Shown here piece after piece: positions 37,173 through 51,700 of a DNA stretch of 64,000 nt (position 1 is the stretch's first letter; each line of letters begins with the position of its first letter). The translations under genes and the position numbers were made by a program. The DNA is from Amoebophrya sp. A120. Its lineage: Eukaryota > Protista > Dinoflagellata. The notes under the pieces were generated by a model. The model searched no databases. It was not told where the DNA came from and saw only the letters and a list, made by a program, of their open reading frames with translations. Location of the stretch: the NCBI GenBank assembly GCA_905178155.1, contig CAJINV010000004.1, forward strand, positions 4,195,555 through 4,259,554. Direction: 5' to 3'.

Positions 37173-40100
37173 ATGATGTCTGGCGAAATTGCAGCCAGCG
37201 TAGCTGCCGGAGCTGCGTTTTTATCGAAGGAGCAGGAGAATAAAGCCACCGGTGTGATGACCGGCGAAGATCAGGGGACGAGTGCAGCTAACACATCGAG
37301 TTTGGCCGCCGAGAACCTGCTGTTCCCAGTAGAAAATGAAAATGATACTACAGCCACAGCTGGTACCAGCACCACAGCAAAGAAGACGTACGAGTTTTTC
37401 GAGCCAACGACCCACGAGCACCAAGAAAAAGCCACGACCCATGCGTTTTTCTTGTCCAAAAAATCTCCCTCTTCTTCCCCGAACGCAGGCAGCCGCGGCA
37501 CAAGCAGCTTTGCGCTGCAACCACAGCCAAGGGCAACAGGAGGAGGGCCTCCTCCAGGGGCGAACAATGCTGCTGTGGGGAACAAGAACATAGCAGGAGC
37601 AGCTGGTGTTGAGGGTAGTACGAATCAACAGCACACCGCTAATTATACCCAAGAACTACATCAGCAACACTTCCTGAAGAAGCCGCTCCCACCGCTGATC
37701 GCCCAGGGCAGTGTGTTGGGCGCCCGTAGTTCGCGGTACTCCACGCGCGCGGGAGCTGCCTCGTCAAGCGTCGCCGGTGGACAACTTTCAGCGGGAGCAG
37801 GTGCAGCAGCTGCCAGTACTATCCCTTTGGGAGCACCAGCCATTTCAAGCGCTGCGTCTAGCACAGCAGCATCTGCAACATCAAGTAGTGGCTCTGTAGT
37901 TGTACTACCAGCGGCTTCCAACAACCTACAACCTTCGAACTTTTTCAACAATGCAGCCAAGAGCGCGGGGGCACCATTTCAAAATGCGCCCCAGAACAGT
38001 CCTCCATTGCCGCCGTTTGTGATGCCTGCTTCAGGTGTTGACCAGCTGACGGTCAAAAAAAAGGTCAGTCCGACGACAGCGACCGCTGGTGGTTCCTCCT
38101 CTTCAACTTCATCTTTACTCGCCGCGGGCAATAACACTGTGTTAAACAATAAGCCGATAATTGGAGCAGGTACAACGATGCTGACGTCCTCTGGTGTGCC
38201 GCTGCTCTCGATGAGCACTTCTAGAGCGAAGTCCTCCTCGCCACCAGGTTCAACAACTATTGAAAATCAACATGTACCGGAGCTACTCCCAGGTAACGCA
38301 CTGCCGAACAATAGTACAAATACAAACAAAACCTTCTGCAATTTCGACCCGCTGCACAACGCCGGAACCACCATTGGACAGCACCTGCTGGCCGCACCAG
38401 TTGTGGATGAGCTCGAGAACCAGGCGCTCGAATCGTCTACGCGCGCGGCGGTGCTGCGACAGGCCCAATTGCGGCATTTGCGCGGAACAGCGGAGGTTGG
38501 TAGTTCATCATCTTCATCACCCGGAGCCGCGGGTTCCCCAGGAACTGCAGTGATTATCCCAGGAGGCGGTGGCCTCATCGGAACTGGCGCTCCTACCTCC
38601 CTGAACTCCCCCGGGGGAGGACCAGGAACGGGCAACTCCACGCCACCGCGACAACTGTCCCCGAAGATTCAGCTGCAATTGCCCGAAATTTACGACGCGG
38701 ACACCGATCCATTGGCGCAGCAACTGGACATGGAGGAGCACATGCGGGAGCTTGCGCAGCAGTTCGGAGGTGGACCGCAGCATTTGGATGTGGTGAATCA
38801 ATTGCGGAATCTGGACGAAGACAAGGGGTGGTGGGGCGGAGGTAATGGCGGTTCATCTGGGTTCGACTCCTCGGACAGCGATGACGATCGGTGGGATGAA
38901 GAAAAGTGGAACGATATCCTAAGAAAAAATGTCCCCACCCCAGAGTTGTCATGCAAATGCGCAATGAGAGCAACATTTGTAATGCGGATCTGCATGAGAG
39001 GCATTTGCATTTCGAATCGTGTTTCGGACTTTGTAATGCTGTAAAACGAGATGAGAAGCTGGCTTTCTCATGCGGCTGCCCTTGCTAATAAACAGCACGA
39101 CAATACAGATGGGAACTTGTCATGCAAAACTCCCATAAGGTGGAGATTTGTGTTGCAGATTGATCAACTTGACTACGGGGTGGGGACGTTTTTCCTCAGG
39201 ATAAACGACCAGGCAGCGTTGATGATGGCCGCCGCAGGTGCGCAGAACAATAACAAACCAGCAAACGCCGTTGAGTTCAACGCAGCGCAACACTTATTTA
39301 CCGAGGAGCCGAATGAGGAAGAAATTGGCGAATCCTCCAGTTCCTCCTATAGCTCCCCGACTGGCGATACATTAGCAGCCGAAAAACCGATTTTTGCCGC
39401 GAATGACATGGACGAGCAGGATGTTGATGTTGAAGTAGTCGCCGGCCAAGAAGGGCAGAATTCGATAAACGCGGAGCTGGAGCATTTTCTGGCCAGTACG
39501 ACGCAACAAGACTTCAGCATGTTGTACCACCAGCAACAAGGGAACAACATGAAGCGAACAAATACGGACTTTGATGATCATCTTCATATCGGAAACAAAA
39601 ATAACAAGCCGCCCCCGGGACTGGGAAATAGTGATGATGATAGCGAAGACAGTGATGACAGCAACGGCAGCAACGAGGAGATACTAAACCAAGAAGGGCA
39701 ACAAAATTACAGTCCACCGGGGCTTGGATCTACTTCGGGAGCAGCATCTTCATCCTTAATAGTGGAACAGGGAGAGCAGGGACACGAACAGACCTCCACC
39801 GCGTCGACACATCAACGGTCCCGACTTTTGAACAACAGTCGCAATTTGATCAAAATTCGAGGTACATCTTCCCCGTCGTCGTTAGAGCAGAGCAGCAGTG
39901 GCAAAATTACCAGCGAACAAAGCCATGGCGAGGCTGACGAAAAGCTCCAGTTTACCTTCACTGCCGCGATGGGGGCCAGCAATAGCGACTTGAGGGCAGT
40001 ACCTGGTAATGCAGAGGAACTTCTGCCACAGCGGCTCCGTCTGTTTGCCGCTGGTGCGCCTAGTACCTCTTCTAGTTCATCATCTACAGCGAGAAAAAAA

Positions 40101-42653
40101 TCCTCGTCCCCGACGGGGCAAATAGAAGATGCCGAAAACAACAACAACAGCGACGAGGAAGATTTTGATGCGGATGGTTCGCTCAGCCTGAAGCACAGTC
40201 AGAAAGTGGTGCATATGGCGTTCTCAAATGTTACATTTTCAACTGTTGCATGAATTTCTAATGCAAAGACGGCAAATCTGAAAGGGGGAAGATTGCGCCT
40301 TTTGCATTACAGATTTGGCACGCCGTTAGATGCTGCTTAGCCCTTCGGAGATTTGCCATGCGAAGCACCTTAATCGCGGCGATCTTCGTGGTAAATTTTC
40401 ATGACAAATCGTGTAACGGTTGAGAGTGTAACGTTGGAGAGTCCCATAGGGCAAACTCTGAAGCGGCGCCGCATTCCAGACCACATCGACACCGATGACG
40501 CCGGGGCAGGAGCGGTAGAAGATGCTCCTGCGGGAAATAACCATCGAAGCGTGTTTCATTTTCGGGACCGGGGTATCCGAGGGAAGTGTTATGGTTTCTT
40601 CTTCACGATCACGATTCAACATCTTCGTTTTTATTGAAACAACAACATCGTGAATTTTGCATCGATTCTGGCACTGGTTATAGTCCACATGCCCGCATGC
40701 GCATGGAGAAAGGCAAAGCAACAAGGTACGTTGCGCTTTCTAGAGTTGTAGCAAAAGGTAGGAACAACTCTATGGTGTTATTCGTGATCGTCGTGGCGAA
40801 GATTTTTCCGCACGATACAAAAGAGTAGTGAAAAGCAGGCGGCTTTACTCGCTGGCAGTATCACGTCCTCCCCAAGTGGCGCAGGAGGAGCAGGCGCTTT
40901 TGGCAGCCGCTTAAAGCTGGTATTGAACACAAAAACTACGAGTAGAATAGACACACACTGAAGAGAAATGTAGTAAAAGCTCGTTCCATGTCAAAGTGGG
41001 GGACAAAAATTTGTCATGCGTTTTGACTACGCCAAACCCAAACCTAAACGAAATCCACAGGGCCACCACGTCCGCAACCCGATCTCTGGAGGGATGATGG
41101 ACGGGAATACGCTATCTTTTTGGCGAAACCCGGAGAACGCGTTCCGGGGGCCCATGCTCGCCTCGTCCTCTCCTACGGGCGCCGCACAGAATGGAGGCGG
41201 CGGCGGAAGTCCGACCTCCTTTTACGATCATCCCGCTGCGTTTGACTCACCGATGTCTTGCAGAACAACCTGTATCAAAGAAACTTTTGCTACTTCAATA
41301 GGAATTCGGGCTCTTTGTCTCTCTTCTTCAGCCTACATTTTTAAGTTTTGGCTTTTTGGTGACACTTTTGTTGTATCCTGAAATATCCAACAACTTCTAA
41401 CAGCGGAACAGGAAGTTTCCGTCCGGGAGGCTACGTCGGCGGGCAAACCTGGGAGCAGGGACCTTATGATCTAGAACTAGTGTTTAACGCAGCTTAGCAG
41501 ATCGATGTGGCCGCGACAAGAGACTTAAGCTTAATAGTACCTTTGGACGCAGCATGCGACAAGAGGACTACTTTCCTACTGGAACTGGTTGAGTTCTTGT
41601 TGACTAGCCAGGATCACCACGAGCATATGCAAATGCATATGCATTTTTCATTCTTTTGTCGCGGTAACTACACCAGAAGAAGGAATCTGTCGTGCACACG
41701 ACCTAACCCTAAGCTGCCTCTTCTTCCCTGCCATACTTCCTCTGCGCCGAATCCGGAATAACGATGTGCTGGACTACATATCAAATGCAAATATGTCTGG
41801 GTCTGAAAAGGTTCGAATTTGTGATGCTACCTCCTTCCTTCGGATGCTAACAAAATCTGTATTGGATGAATAGCAAAACCAGTCCACTTTTGGCTGCACG
41901 GCGAGGGCATTTCTCATGCAGGACAGGCATGAAGAAGGCCACGCAAGTCCTGTGAAGATGCTAGGGCATACATCACAAGCGTCGCGGGCTATTCAGAATG
42001 TGCATGACAAACCTTGCATGTTTCCAGACCCAGACACTTTTGCAATCCATACAACATGAGCGGTGTCAAGTTTGACGAGCTACCGGACATCCACTCCTAC
42101 CGGGCATGGGCGCGCATGCAAGAAGAAAAAGGAAAGAGGTACAACTAGTAGAACTGTGGATCTTCATGAGTGACAGATGAATAGCGCAAGTGGATGAGCT
42201 ACTAGTTGTGCCTAGAAGTAGCATAACCATTAGCTGTGGATTCTACGAAAGAAAGTAGAAGTCCATGAGATGAATATCATGGGAAATTATAAACAAGTAA
42301 AGCATGACCATGTGTTGGTATAACATGATCAAAACCTCCAGGGGCGCGAGCAACTACGCTGACGGAAGCTTTTCGCGAGGCCTGGAGGATTTTTTTGCGA
42401 ATGGTCCGGGAAAGGAGCTTATGAATTGCAAAAGTATCGTACTCGTATGAATGCATTACAGTTCCCTCAGCATGAAAAATGAAATTTGTACTGCGGGTTT
42501 ACCTGAAGAAAAAAATTTGTAATGCATGACTGCAATTAGTACGAGGCGAGCGCGATACTTTTGCACAGAATAGAGCTGCTGGCACGAGATCTCGTGGAGA
42601 CCGGACTGTCCCCAGACATCACAAACGAGCTGCTGCGCCTCCTGCCAAACTAA
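37173..42653 (+). CDS. Large low-complexity (S/A/G/N-rich) hypothetical protein; structure at 41270-41770 uncertain
   Basis: Long ORFs joined in frame across introners (WNDQAA; KVVQTLK); ends ...GKELLARDLVETGLSPDITNELLRLLPN*. Confidence 0.6.
38915..39203. mobile_element. Introner family C (inverted relative to 12013)
   Basis: TATCCTAAGAAAAAATGTCCCCACCC...GGGTGGGGACGTTTTTCCTCAGGATA; TSD aacga. Confidence 0.9.
40214..40448. mobile_element. Introner family F
   Basis: TATGGCGTTCTCAAATGTTACA...TGTAACGTTGGAGAGTCCCATA; TSD gtgca/gggca. Confidence 0.85.
40574..40817. mobile_element. Old, degenerate introner
   Basis: TATC...GATA ends with residual inverted repeat ACGATCACGA/TCGTGATCGT; flanks cgggg/caaaa; removing element+5 nt keeps the frame open. 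Confidence 0.5.
41779..42051. mobile_element. Introner family G
   Basis: Family G TIRs; TSD ctaca/caaca. Confidence 0.85.
42420..42572. mobile_element. Introner family A
   Basis: TSD gagct. Confidence 0.9.
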
Positions 42654-44497
42654 TTCGTGGTGTTGGAAAAGGTTTAAATATAAATCAAATAATGAATACT
42701 CAAAAATATTAGCGAACGGAGCTCTATATTTAACTAAGGCGTCGTCTCCACGGCTTCGTTCGGTGCGTCATCGCGGTTCCGTACGTTCTCCTACTTCTTC
42801 GTGGGGAAAAAAAGGTGCGGTTGACGCTGCATAAATCGCTGTTGTAAGACCACCTACCTGCTTCCCTTTGATGTACTTTGACTTTTTTGTAGATTTTTAT
42901 GCAGCTCCATCTACGTCAGCGATGAAATAGCGAAACTTTCATCGATCAATGACAATGTGCATTCCTCGTGGTGCATATCAATCAACTGGTGCGGTGTAAG
43001 TTGATTTTCCCACGGAAAAAAGTATCTAAATCCACCGATTGTTGATAAACGAAATTTATAGAAATTGATGGCACAACCGCGAAACACGAACGGCTTGACG
43101 ACGTTCAAGTAGTCTTCTTTTGAAAATCCTCAACAAATGAGCCACCTTTTTTCTCTTTCATTGTGACAGACGACATTGCCGTTTTTGACTTTTTCTCCAT
43201 TTTACTTTTTTCGTTTTTCAACACTTTTCAACAGAAGTCTATCTAGAAGAAGTCGAGACAATGTTTAATTCATTTTTTCTCTTTCTGCTTCTGCACCTGC
43301 AGGAGCTGGCAACGTGCATATAGACGTCAAAAGGCATGAGAGGACGCGGCGGTTGTATAATAGCCGCCGCGTTCTTTCAGGAGTGATGTCACACACGTTG
43401 TCGTGTGTGTGGCTCGCCACTATTTATTATGCGATGTTGGGACGAAACATCAAGTTCAAGATCAACTGCAGGTCGCTTTTTGCATAGCAATCGGGAATCA
43501 AAAATGCGGCATTCCGTACGCACCATGTATCAACAGCATGATTTTTGTATAGTTTTCTTTGATACGCCAATGTTTCGGAATGCGGCGTAGCTGTGCATAG
43601 CTGCGATTAGCTGGTAAGGTCGTGTATAATTTTAGAAATAAGAACAATGGTTGCGCTTTGTTGGCTCGATGGAATCATCATGCGTGATGCATCTAGTTGT
43701 TTCCTTTTCTCACGAGGTGTACGATTTTTTACGGACCAAACAAATGTACCTATTTTGTGATTTTTTCGGAAAATGATCTGTCTTGTCTATCGACCACTCG
43801 GACTATTTGGTGGTCTTTTTAGTAGTATTCTTTGTCTATTTCCACACGTTAGTTCATTTCAGTTCTAAACAACTAACTCTTGTTTCGCCACTCGCTTGTA
43901 CTCAAAATTTGTTGAAGAGGCACTTCTTCTTGAAAATGAAAAAAAAAATTCACATCACGGCGGGCCGTGCCCCACTTCTTTGGAGGGACTATCGCTTCGT
44001 TCTTGTGTTCTTCGCCATTGTACTTAATTCCGCCATTGTTGCAAAGCAGGTCTTTCTCTTTACGACGTTTACTCCTATTGCTATTTATTAAACGCGTTGG
44101 CCTCGTCGTGTTTCTGTTTTTGTCTTTGTGGTACCCAGCGCGGTGTCCCTGGTGCTCTGTGGATGTCGTTGAAGTTCCTCGGCTGGACACACAGTCCAGT
44201 TCGTCTGTGTAGCAGGATTAAATCGGAAGATGGACATACACATAATTACTACATACTCTTTGTCGACGGCAACGTCATCAAGAAGGGCCAGAAACGAGGG
44301 TAGTGGTACTAGTTTTGTCACATCTTCAGGATCCAAAAGTACAGAAGACGAAGACCCGTCATTCAGCCAAAAAAAGATGAAGATCTTTGTGCTGTCAAAT
44401 TTCGAGTTCGACTACAGGGATCATCAGGCAAAGCTTACATCCTGTTCTTCGTACTTACAGTGCTGTAATTACACAACGGTCAACGTCTGTTCCAGGA

Positions 44498-45196
44498 ATG
44501 TCTGCATCGCGGCCTTTTGCACGGCCGACCACAAGGACTATGCTTGGACTTGTCAAAGTTCTCCTTCCATATTTTCATCTTCTATGCGCCCCGTCATTTT
44601 TTGTTTTTGCGATATTGGCTCCGCTACCACTAGCCGCAGAAAAAGAGAAGAAGGCTGATGTTCATCTTTCCTCACCCAGCAGCACCGGCGCCCCGCAATC
44701 GACATCTTCTACCTCCTCCTCATGTCCCGGCTTTCCATGTGTGGTTTTCAGAGAGAGACGCAAGCCGCCGCACAACGATAGTTACGAAGTCGATTTTTTC
44801 GATGAGGAGAAAGTACCACGCACGTGGAAAAATGACCACGGCGGCCCGCACGTCCGCACGCCGATGAAAATTCAAACCGGAACGGCAATGAAATGTGAAG
44901 CGGTTCCCGATGGTTTCACAGACGTACAGAGCATGCAGTTCGCGAGCAAAAACCGGAAACTCGCGACATCGGAGAAAAAATTGTTCATGTGGGGCGTCCA
45001 TGGCTGCAAAAGTCCCAAAGACACAAAGAGAACAACCGGGTGTCACATTACGATACCACTCGGGTACGCACCGCAGGAGTTTCAAGAATTGATTGTTATG
45101 CTGACCTCGGATGGTGATGATAATGATGATGAAAAAACGAATGCACGACAAGACAAGGATGATGATACTGATGATGATTTGGACGATCATCTGTAA
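44498..45196 (+). CDS. Hypothetical intronless protein with signal-peptide-like N-terminus and Asp-rich tail
   Basis: MSASRPF...LLCAPSFFVFAILAPLPLAA, Cys-containing globular-looking core, DDDTDDDLDDHL*. Confidence 0.55.
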   Translation: MSASRPFARPTTRTMLGLVKVLLPYFHLLCAPSFFVFAILAPLPLAAEKEKKADVHLSSPSSTGAPQSTSSTSSSCPGFPCVVFRERRKPPHNDSYEVDFFDEEKVPRTWKNDHGGPHVRTPMKIQTGTAMKCEAVPDGFTDVQSMQFASKNRKLATSEKKLFMWGVHGCKSPKDTKRTTGCHITIPLGYAPQEFQELIVMLTSDGDDNDDEKTNARQDKDDDTDDDLDDHL

Positions 45197-45721
45197 CGAC
45201 GCATGTTGAAATAAACTGAGATTGTGCGGGAGACCGACCACTCGCAGCTTCCACTTCCAAGATAATTCTCATTCTATTTGCTGCCAGTCTCAAGGCTGCT
45301 GTGCTGCCAATCGTGAACTCACGTTGAATCAGAATGATCTTGATCGACTGGTTCTGGAGATTGCATCTTCTAGGTCCACTGGGTGGTTAGTAAACCTACA
45401 AGTTCGTCCTCGTCGCTAGTGGTAGTGACGCCCGTTACAATTCTACTTTGTCTTCTCTATGATCTCTATCCAGACAGTTCTTTCTTTTACTTGAAATGAT
45501 TGAACACCATTGATGCGTTTTACAGTCAATACAAACATAAAATTATTCTTCTGTGGTGGTGTATTATTTGCGTATGGATGAAATTGTTATAGTTCGAAGA
45601 TGTTGTGTCGTCCAACAGCACAGCACCTGACGTTATACCATTTTTTGCATTGCGGACCAGTATGAAAAGGATGTGCTTCCTCCAGTACGCCTTTTTTGCG
45701 GGAGCAGCTCGGAGGCATTTC

Positions 45722-48700
45722 ATGATGATGAAAATGTTTCTGTCTCTGAGCCTTCTTTTTCTCCTCGAAAGCAGAAGTGGCTGCAAAAATGCAAGCTTTA
45801 GCCTGCTTCAGACCGTGAGTGCAGCAGGAGCCCGTCCACGTAAGCAGTCTCGAACAGCAAGGCAACCCCCGCAGAGTTCTACTTCCCACCTTGCTTCCTC
45901 CCTGCGAACCTTCGCCGCGGGGCCGAAGTTTTCCGAGTTGTGGGAGCGCGCCGCATGGGTTGACAAGGCGCTCGAGGAGCAGGAGGAACAGGACGCGGAA
46001 ACAACGCGCGACATCGTCCGGGGCTTTTTATGCAATGCAAAAACATCGTACTCGTATAAATGCAAGTCTTGCGTTACAGATCTGTTTCTTAAGGTAAATC
46101 CGCATGACAAATTCCATTTCTCATGCTGAGGAAATTTGTAATGCAATTATACGAGTGCGATACTTTTGCAATGCATACTTTTTTCACGTGAGCAACTTCG
46201 CGTGCGAAGATGATGCGGAGACCACGGCGTTGCAAGATAGTAGAGAGGATGGCCGTGGTGACCACGAACAGGATCCAGATGCGCAGGTCCTTTGTTCCGA
46301 ACAGCAAGGAGGTCTACAACTTCTTCCGAGCGCTGGACCTGGGTCATTTCCTTCTTCGCGAACAAGGCCACCTCTCCAAGACACGCCCCCACAGCTGCTC
46401 CTTTCGTCCATTCAGCGTTACTCCGCCGGAGCGGCACAACCCCAAGAACCTCCGCGAGCCGGCGCGGGGCGCGCTCCTCCTAGCGGGGCGGGCGCAGCAC
46501 CTTCTAGTGCAGCTGCTGCTGCTGCAGCACGAGGATCGTCTCATTTCTCAGGTGGAGCCTCCGCTTCGTCTTCAAGCGGTACAACAACCGGGGCAGGCCC
46601 GTTGCCCCCCTCGTTTCCTCCACCGAGCTCTACAAGAACTCGTGGGCCGGGTAGAGCAGTCGTCAGGGGACCAAGAAGTGGAGATGCAGGTGAAGCAGAA
46701 TCCCGGCGGCAGCAGGTTCTCCTTGACGAGGCCACTGCGGATGTATTTGACGAATTACGGGCTGCACCCGCGCGTGCTGGAACAACCACGACGAGTGGAG
46801 GCGCAACTACTAGGGGAGCAGGCCGCTCTACTGCCTCTCAAGCAGATACACCCCCGGTGGTCATCGGGGTCAACAGCAGCACGACCATAGACATCGACCG
46901 GCTCCCGGCCGACATGCAGCTGGAAGCGCTGACGGCGCAAGATCTCCTCGACGGCGAACGAGACTCCGGAGACGAAGACGCGAGCCGCTTATTACACATT
47001 CAGTACGGACGGCAGACGAGCGGAAGCGAGCTGGGGGTTGAACTCCAACAGTTGAAGGACACAATTGATCCGCTCGATTTGCTGGAGCAAATCGCATATG
47101 CATTGCAAGTATATTTGGGTCTGGAAACTTGTGATGCTAATTTGCGAATGGTGGGCGCACTGCAATATGCAGCCCAGCATGACAAGTTTTTTGTGCTGTT
47201 GTGTGTTTCGTTTTTCGCATGACAAGCTGCGTTTTTGCATGACAGGCAAAAGGCGCTTTTCCTGCTCATGCATCACAGATTTGAGAGTCATGCCAGACAA
47301 GCATGACAAACCTCCAGTTTCTTCCAGACCCAGACATATTTGCATTTCATATCGCAAACACCGGCTACGCGATATACCCCCATTATTCGTCACCCGAGGA
47401 TAATGTGCTTTTGGATTCGGACGAATTAGAACGGTTACTAGATCAGTTCCTCCGCATCCAGCTGCGGCAGTGCAAGAGCGCTTTGTGCAAAATCACGGTG
47501 CCGACCGAGGAGGAGGTCCGCGGGAGGGAGGCGACCGGGAACCATAATCCTTCCTTGCAGGTCGTAAAGCACGACGACCAGGTCCAGGGCCGCGGATATT
47601 TAGAGGCACAACGACCATATCAGAACGAGATTGAGGACTCCTCCCCTCGGGTCGTCGTCATCGGCGACACACACGGGCAGCTGCGGGACGTGCTGTGGAT
47701 GTTTGTGAAGTACGGCCTGCCCTCCGACCGCATATGACAGTGCACAGGAACTCCCCCTCCCCCTCATTTGTCATGCAAAATACAACCCTATCCACCTTTT
47801 GCCTCTTGGCACTGTTTGCGTGACAAGTTCTGGTAGCCTAAATAGCACTACAATCCAGTTCAAATCTGTCATGTAAAATAACCGGCATTCTTGCTGATGC
47901 TTGTATTGCTTTGATGAGGTCGCCGAAAGTGCTTCCTCGCCCACCCCCGGGGAGGGGATCCGTGACCTGTGGATGATGATTGCTGTTCATGCCATAGTTA
48001 TAGTACAAATGAGGGAGAGGGGGAGTTGTGCACTGTCATATCGCAATGTGTACCTCGTCAACGGCGACATTGCGGACCGGGGGTTAAACGCCGTCATCAT
48101 TTTCGCGCTGTTTTTTGCCTTCAAGGTGAAAAATCCGAAAAGCGTCTACATCAACCGCGGAAATCACGAGGACGAACAGATGAACGCACTGCATGGGTTC
48201 GACCACGAGCTGGCCGAGCGATACGGGTATGAAGACGACGTTTTGGACACGATGCGGCGGAAATTCCTGCAGGCCTACCGTGCGTTGCCGCTGGCGACCG
48301 TGGTGGAAAACGCAGTTTTCGTGGTGCACGGCGGCTTGCCGAGGTGCGCCGAAACCGTGCGGATGCGGCATCTGGAATGCGTACTTTTTTTCGCTGAAGA
48401 TGTTTATTTGAAGTTGTATTCGGTGAGTTGTATAGATAGTGCAACAGGAACAGTACTAGGCGGATCATTTCTCTTTACAGCATCACTTAGATGAAGAAGT
48501 AGATTGTGAGCAGCTCCACCTCCCATTCCATGGTCTTGATGTCTCACCTCTACGCATACTCTCATCTTCAGATCGACTACCGCAAGGCCGTCCCTGCGTA
48601 CCCGGAGGAGACGCCGGTATGCACTGCAAAAGCATCGTACTAGTAGAAATCGCAATACAAATTTCCACAGCATGAGAAATGAAATTTGTAATGCTGATTG

Positions 48701-51700
48701 ACCTTAGGAAAAAGATTTGTAATGCATAAGTGCAATTACTACGAGTGCGATACTTTTGCACAGGATAGCCGGGCGACACGCACAAGTCTTTGTGGGACGA
48801 ATACGTTTCCTATGACAGTGCACAACTCCCCCTCCGCCTCCCCCTCATTTGTATTGCATGAACAGCAATGGAAGGGCCTGCAAGAGTGCAGCTCTCGCAT
48901 GACAAATTTTCACTGGATTGCAGTGGTGTTTGGGCTGTCAGAATCTGTGATGCTAACTTTCCCAGGGGACAAAGAGTGGACTTGGTATTTTGCATGACAA
49001 ACGAGGGGGAGGGGGAGTTGTGCGCTGTCATATCTCCAAACGAATGCGGGAGGTGGAACCGACACAGGAATGCTACGACGGGATTTTTTCCGATCTTCTC
49101 TGGTCGGACCCGCACAACGGCCTCGGTCCGCAGCGTTCGGAGCGGGGAAAAAAGTTGCTGAAGTTCGGCCGCTATTCATCGCAAAAGTATCGTACTAGTA
49201 CAACTCGCATGGCAAATTTGATCAAGAAGAAAACTGAAATTTGTAATGCGAATTTAGGTAGGAAACCAGATTTGTCATGCATAACTGCGATTACTACGAG
49301 TACGATACTTTTGCACAGGATAGCCGCGACCAGACCACCAAGTTCCTGAAAAACAACAATCTCCGCCTGCTCCTCCGGTCGCACGAGTGTCCGGACCGCA
49401 AGGACGGCCGCAGCACGGGCCCCGGCCCCGGGTTTGAGCGTTTGCAGCAGGGTCTGTGCTACACCATCTTTTCCGCATCCAATTACCGCGGGTCCGTGGG
49501 GAATCGTGGATCCGTCGCCTTTTTGCGGAAAATCGTCGAAGAGCCCAGCCCGAGCCGCGGGGATCGTCCGGACGCATCGATAGACGCGGACCTGGCAGGA
49601 GCTGCGCGGGCCAGCTTGTTGCACGGAACCGGTCACGGAGGAACTACTGGTGGACAACATCTTCAACCCTCTTCGCCTCGAACAGCTGTAACACAAATAG
49701 CGGGACTGCGCCAGGGCGGTGGTCAACAATCCTCTCGCCGTGGTTCTACTTCCGAGCCGCCCTTCGTGGATTCGGCGACGGGTCTGATCAACTTGTTCGG
49801 GCTGCAGTACCCTCTATGCGGAAGCATGTCCGTGGCTAACTCAGAGAACATATGAACTGCAAAAGTATCTTACTGGTAGTAATTGCAACCGTGCATCACA
49901 AATTTATTTCTTGAGGTAAATACATGCTGACCAAATTTGTGATGCAATACATACTAACTAGTACGATACTTTTGCTTTTGCAATGCATAGAACAGCTCGT
50001 CCGCCAACGGCGAAATATCCGACGACGACAGCACCTGCGATCGCGCGGGCGAGGTCATGGGCATCGATATCATTTGTAAAAACGTTCCCACACCACCACC
50101 AGAGTCAAGATGGGAAATCTGCTAGACAAATCAGCCAGCTTTGGTCGTTTGGCACGACAAATTTTTCCTAGTAGTGTAATCCTGTGTAGGTAGTTCAGCA
50201 GCATCACAGACACAGATCTCGTGCGTCATGCTGGTTATAGCATCACAAATTACAAGCACGGCTAGAAAATGCCTCCTATGGCGTTCAGCATGACACACTT
50301 TTTTCGCATGCAGATTTGCATGACAACTCTGGGTGGGGGACGTTTTTACTCAGGATAATCGAGGGCACGGATTTGTCCTTCCAAGTCGCGGAGCACTACG
50401 CGCCGGATTGGCCCACCTGCGTACAAAATCTCCGAGAGCTGCTGTGCTTAGAAAAAGCGGCAAGAGGTGGAGGGGGCGGTTCTGGCGGGGGAGCGGCTGG
50501 CGCGGTTGCGAGAAATTATACGGGTGCTTGCTCCTCTGCTGGAGGCCGGGCGAATCTGTACCCGGGTCGTCCTGCTGGAACAATGCCCCCGGACTACCCG
50601 CCGCCTCCGCCGCCGAGTGGGGGAAATGCAAATGGTACGGCACCACCAGCACTATCCGCACCATTGCACGCGGCGATACAGAAGATGACCCCTATGGGAG
50701 CTGCCGCTGCCTCTCGAGGAGGTCAACATCCTGTGCCCCCGGCGTCGCCACCCCCGGGCGTAAGGAGATCGACGCATGATCAAACTGCACCCAGCAACGG
50801 AGTTCCAGGACAGTACCAGGTGTATCACCTTGCGCGGAACACGCATCCCATGTTCACCCCGGAGTGGTTTCTAAAGCAGCATCTGGAGAGCCACAATGTC
50901 AATGCAGATGATGCTAATCCTGCACTGACGGCCGGAGCTCCTGCTGTCGCCAACGGGGCGGGTGCGCTTCCGAGACCACCGACTGCCAACGGAGTTCCGG
51001 CTTTTGCCGGGAGCTTGCCAGCGGGAATCAATGACGACGATCACGTCGTGCAAGACGTGGCCGAAGATCAATCCTCCGCTGCTTCCCCGAGCAGAAGCCG
51101 TCCCCGAAGACCAACGCTGCAGTTCTGGCCGGGGTCAAAGGGAAAAACGGTTTACGCGGCGGCAAAGTACCCGAGCATGAGCAATATGATGCGATACGGT
51201 GGGGGAACCACTGGTACTTCGATGGGGTTGGTCGTGCAGCCCGGATCATCTACTGTTGTTCCGGGTGGTCACCCTGCGGGTAACATGTACTATGTCTCGC
51301 CAGCCGCGCTAGCGCAGCACGCAACGCAGGCAGCGATGATCCACCTCCCGGTCCAAAATCTTCCTACGGTACAAGAAATCGCGGGTGCAGGTGTTGGTCC
51401 CTACAACACTACAACTCCGCCGCAAATCCCGCTCATTCCGATCACCGCTCATTCCGCTCCACCCCTCATTCTTACGAGAGATATCGTAGATTCAAAAATG
51501 ATGTCCCGCGCAGAACACCTGCAACTGCTTGAAAAGAATGCGGAGAACAGCTGCGACAAGGGAAAACAGCTGGAGTCGTTGCGAAGAGAAACGCTCAGCC
51601 AGCTGGTCAAGCTGTTGATCGTCTGTAAACAAGACTTGGCCGAGGGGTTTGACGAGATTCTGCAGCTCGATAAGTCGACTTCTACAAGTTGTACCACTCA

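Noticed and set aside
41464-41720. Possible additional introner starting TATGATCTAGAACTAG
   Set aside because: No clear ATA end with matching TSD could be placed; left unresolved
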